A stretch of 64,000 bases of DNA from Selaginella moellendorffii (taxonomy: Eukaryota > Plantae > Lycopodiophyta). Shown here one piece after another: positions 61,149 through 64,000 of this stretch (its first letter is position 1; each line of letters begins with the position of its first letter). The DNA lies in assembly GCF_000143415.4 (NCBI RefSeq), contig NW_003314415.1, positions 62,001 through 126,000 of the forward strand, read 5' to 3'. A program made the position numbers and the translations under genes. The notes beneath the pieces were generated by a model. That model searched no databases. It saw only the letters and a program-made list of their open reading frames with translations, and was not told the origin of the DNA.

Positions 61149-62171
61149 ATGCTCAAGTTTATGGTGGCTTCCTCCGTGCTGGCTGGAGCTGGATTGCTCC
61201 TCCACGCGTCGCCGCCACCCAAATCACCATATAGCTCAAGCACAGGTGGAGCGCCTTTATCTTGTTCTTCTTCGTTTTCCAGGCGTCGCTACTACCGACC
61301 ATTCTTTGCAAGGCCTGCTTTTGCCGAGGAGCTCAAGTCTTCCTCGTCTTACCCAAGATCGGCTACTGGTAAGTTGCTTGCTTGCTTGTTTTCTACTAAA
61401 GTTTTTATTGTGGTTTTCTTCTTCCAGGTCGCTCCACTGTACAAGTCGAGCCCAGTACAGGATTTGGATTTTCCAATCTCGAAAAACTCCCTGGAGCGTC
61501 TTGTGAGTTGTCTCTTCTCGGCCTCGGTGAGCTCTCCATATTTTGGTTTGATTTTGTTTCTGTGAGTTTTACCATGCTCTTGAACGCAGGAGTCAGGGAA
61601 AAGAAGATTGCCTTTGTTGCTGTGAAAGCCTATGCAGTGGGATTTTATGCGAACAAGGAACAGCTCCCAAACGACTGGGACAAGAACTTTTTGGTCGAAG
61701 GTTGGCCTTTTATTCTTTTGTTTGTCCATGGAAAGCGCACACTCAAACTTTTGCAGGAGCATTTGAGAAGGGCCTGGTGGTCAAGCTTGCGCGTGACGTC
61801 AGTGGTGCACTTTTCTCGTCAGCCTTGAATGACGAACTCAAGCCTCGGCTAAAATCATCACCCGAGGGCGAGAAAATCCTTTCCGAATTTGGGAAGCTCT
61901 TCCAGAACCGGAAGCTGAAAAAAGGTACAACAGTCTACTTCACTTGGATCCAACCCGATACTCTCTACGTAAGTTTTTGCTTGGTAAGTTCCAGCGCAAG
62001 AAATTTGGAGTGATTTTGTAGGTTGGAGTATCAGATGGCGAAACTCCTGCGACTCCAAACTCGACGTTTGTCTCTGGATTCTTTGCATCAAGACTCTTCG
62101 ATGTTTACTTGGGAGAGAAATCAGTCTCACCGTCACTCAAGGCTTCCATAGCTGATCATCTTCATGTATGA
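61149..62171 (+). CDS. FAP3: Chalcone-isomerase-fold fatty-acid-binding protein (FAP3-like), plastid-targeted, multi-exon
   Basis: Transit-peptide-like N-terminus; GVREKKIAFVAVKAYAVGFY, EKGLVVKLARDVSG, FQNRKLKKGTTVYFTW, LFDVYLGEKSVSPSLKASIA. Confidence 0.82.
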
Positions 62172-63590
62172 GAGGTTTGTATTTATTTATTTATTTCAAG
62201 AGTTCTTTAAAAGCGGCGAGACTCGGAGAATTTACAGACAATACCAATCAGAGCTTCAGCGAACGGTGATGGGAGCTTGAACAGCAGTGAAAGACACAAG
62301 TGTATAATCCACTCTGTGGAAAGCTGAAAGTTTCTCGTTTACTTCCGTGGTGACACCATGGTACGTTCCAGAGTCCAGTTCACTGACCACGAGAGTGTTC
62401 GCTTAGGATGTGATCCCTAAGTTTGAGACTAACGGTCTTTTGGATACTGGATTCACTAGAGCTCGAGAAAGAGTCCTCTTCAACAACATTAGTGGAGTAG
62501 CTGTTGAGACTTTCGAGAGATATAAAGAGCTCTTGACACTGTAGCTGGCAAGAAACGAGAGGCTTGAGGCCATGTGTATGTATGTGTGTACGTATGATAA
62601 ATGCTCTAACCAGGACACCCGAGTAGACATAGATGACAGTATGAAATCTTTGATCAAACGTTTTTCCGAGGCTTGTGGTATTTAAACATGATATCACCTA
62701 TTGATAAGTAAAATAGAAAGAAGAAGAGAGAGGAATGATAGTGATGTGTTTTAGATTAAAATATGATTTGTAAGGGGTTATAAAAGAAACTCAAAACAAT
62801 AAGAAGTTTAATTATGCACTAAGAAAAAGCTTTCTTTAACATCTTTCTTACACTTGGAATAGGCCAGTTTAAGGTGGTTGAAACTTCACTCAGTGATAAC
62901 TCACCACATCCAAATGCCAAACGAGATCACCAGGAAAGAACGTCTCACCTCGTTGTCTAGCATGGGTTAATGTTAACTGCAAGATTCGTAACAATGCTAG
63001 ATCATGGTCCTTGTCTAACTGAATCAACTCGTTGGCACGATCTAGAGTTGAAGTTTCTGTCTAAGAGTTGCTCGAAAACCTGTTGCCATTGTTATCAGTG
63101 ATGGAGGCATAGAGAAGACTGGATGAAAAACATTCCCTAAAAATGTTTGAAGTTCATTCTTTTACATTGTTGCACATTATTTAAATTTAAATTTAAATTT
63201 CAAGGCTGTAAAGCCCTGCTTTTCGGATATATTTGGTCTGCCACTCTCAGGCTTGTTTGCTCTCATCCTCAAACAAACTCCCCAGGTTGGAAACTTTGGA
63301 CAAATGGGAAAATATTGGCAAAACGACATACATCTATCACGACCGCGGCCAGTATGGATTCCAAGATCAATTTCCACTCTGGAATCCTGGTTGGAGCTAG
63401 CATCCGCAATGTAAACTATTGGGGAATTGCGTTCCTCTGGTCTCTCTGGGAACAGACATTGGACATCCTATTGTGAAGTTCCCTCAAAACGGATATCGTT
63501 AGCAAAACATGTCAAAGCGAAAAGCTTAGAAACCAGACTTTATCTAAAAAAATGCTTATCTGACAAGAGAGCGCTTCTAGAATCGATCAC

Positions 63591-64000
63591 TTAGATGAGC
63601 TTCTCGATGAAATCCGCAGCGATTGCAACCGCCCCTCCCGTTAGAGCACCGCTCACCACAGCCTCGGCGCGAGGATTGGGCTCCGTCAGGGACACAGCGG
63701 CTCCAGCCAGTGCTCCTCCAAACATGGCGTTCTTCTGCGCTCGAGCGATCATGCCACGAAAAAGAGAACATCCATCAATCAATCTTTCAATCATGAACAT
63801 CCAGGAGGAAAACTTAAAATACGTACCCAGTCGTGAACACCACGGGCTTCCTTCAAGCTGATCGTGGCGCTCGAATAGATTCCAGAGGCCAGGCCTATCA
63901 AGTCAGAGACACAGTAGTTTATAGTTAAAAGATAAAGAAAAAAGGAGAGCTTACCCCACTGCACAGCTTGCTTCCCGACGGTAAACGCCTAAACCAGGAA
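63591..64000 (-). CDS. OEP16: OEP16 / Tim17-22-23 (PRAT) family protein, 3' part only
   Basis: GLASGIYSSATISLKEARGVHDW|KNAMFGGALAGAAVS...ALTGGAVAIAADFIEKLI*. Confidence 0.8.

Overview
Gene-dense eukaryotic (land-plant) nuclear DNA with very short introns (~50-90 nt) and short intergenic spacers. The style (tiny introns, ~50% GC genes, intronless short-motif PPR gene) fits a compact seed-free plant genome such as the lycophyte Selaginella; this is inference only. About 20 protein-coding genes are recognisable: RR-TZF CCCH zinc finger, PPR-SMR, DRB2-like, DOG1-ankyrin fusion, RING-CH E3, ZHOUPI-like bHLH, ABCI10, dirigent, GT37 fucosyltransferase, SURF1, MED12, E-class PPR, ankyrin-TM, non-RD LRR-RLK, PLA1, PP2C with an unusual tandem N-terminal domain, OXP1, FAP3-like and a partial OEP16. 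There is also an intact tRNA-Val(AAC), tRNA relics, and a ~9 kb AT-rich island holding a heavily C>T/G>A-mutated Ty3/gypsy element. The most striking non-annotated structure is a set of deletion-riddled 'ghost' duplicates of local genes (RPL12 x2, LRR-RLK, OXP1+FAP3, PP2C N-terminus). These decay by many small deletions, whereas the transposon decays by transitions at near full length. Exon boundaries were read by eye and are approximate.
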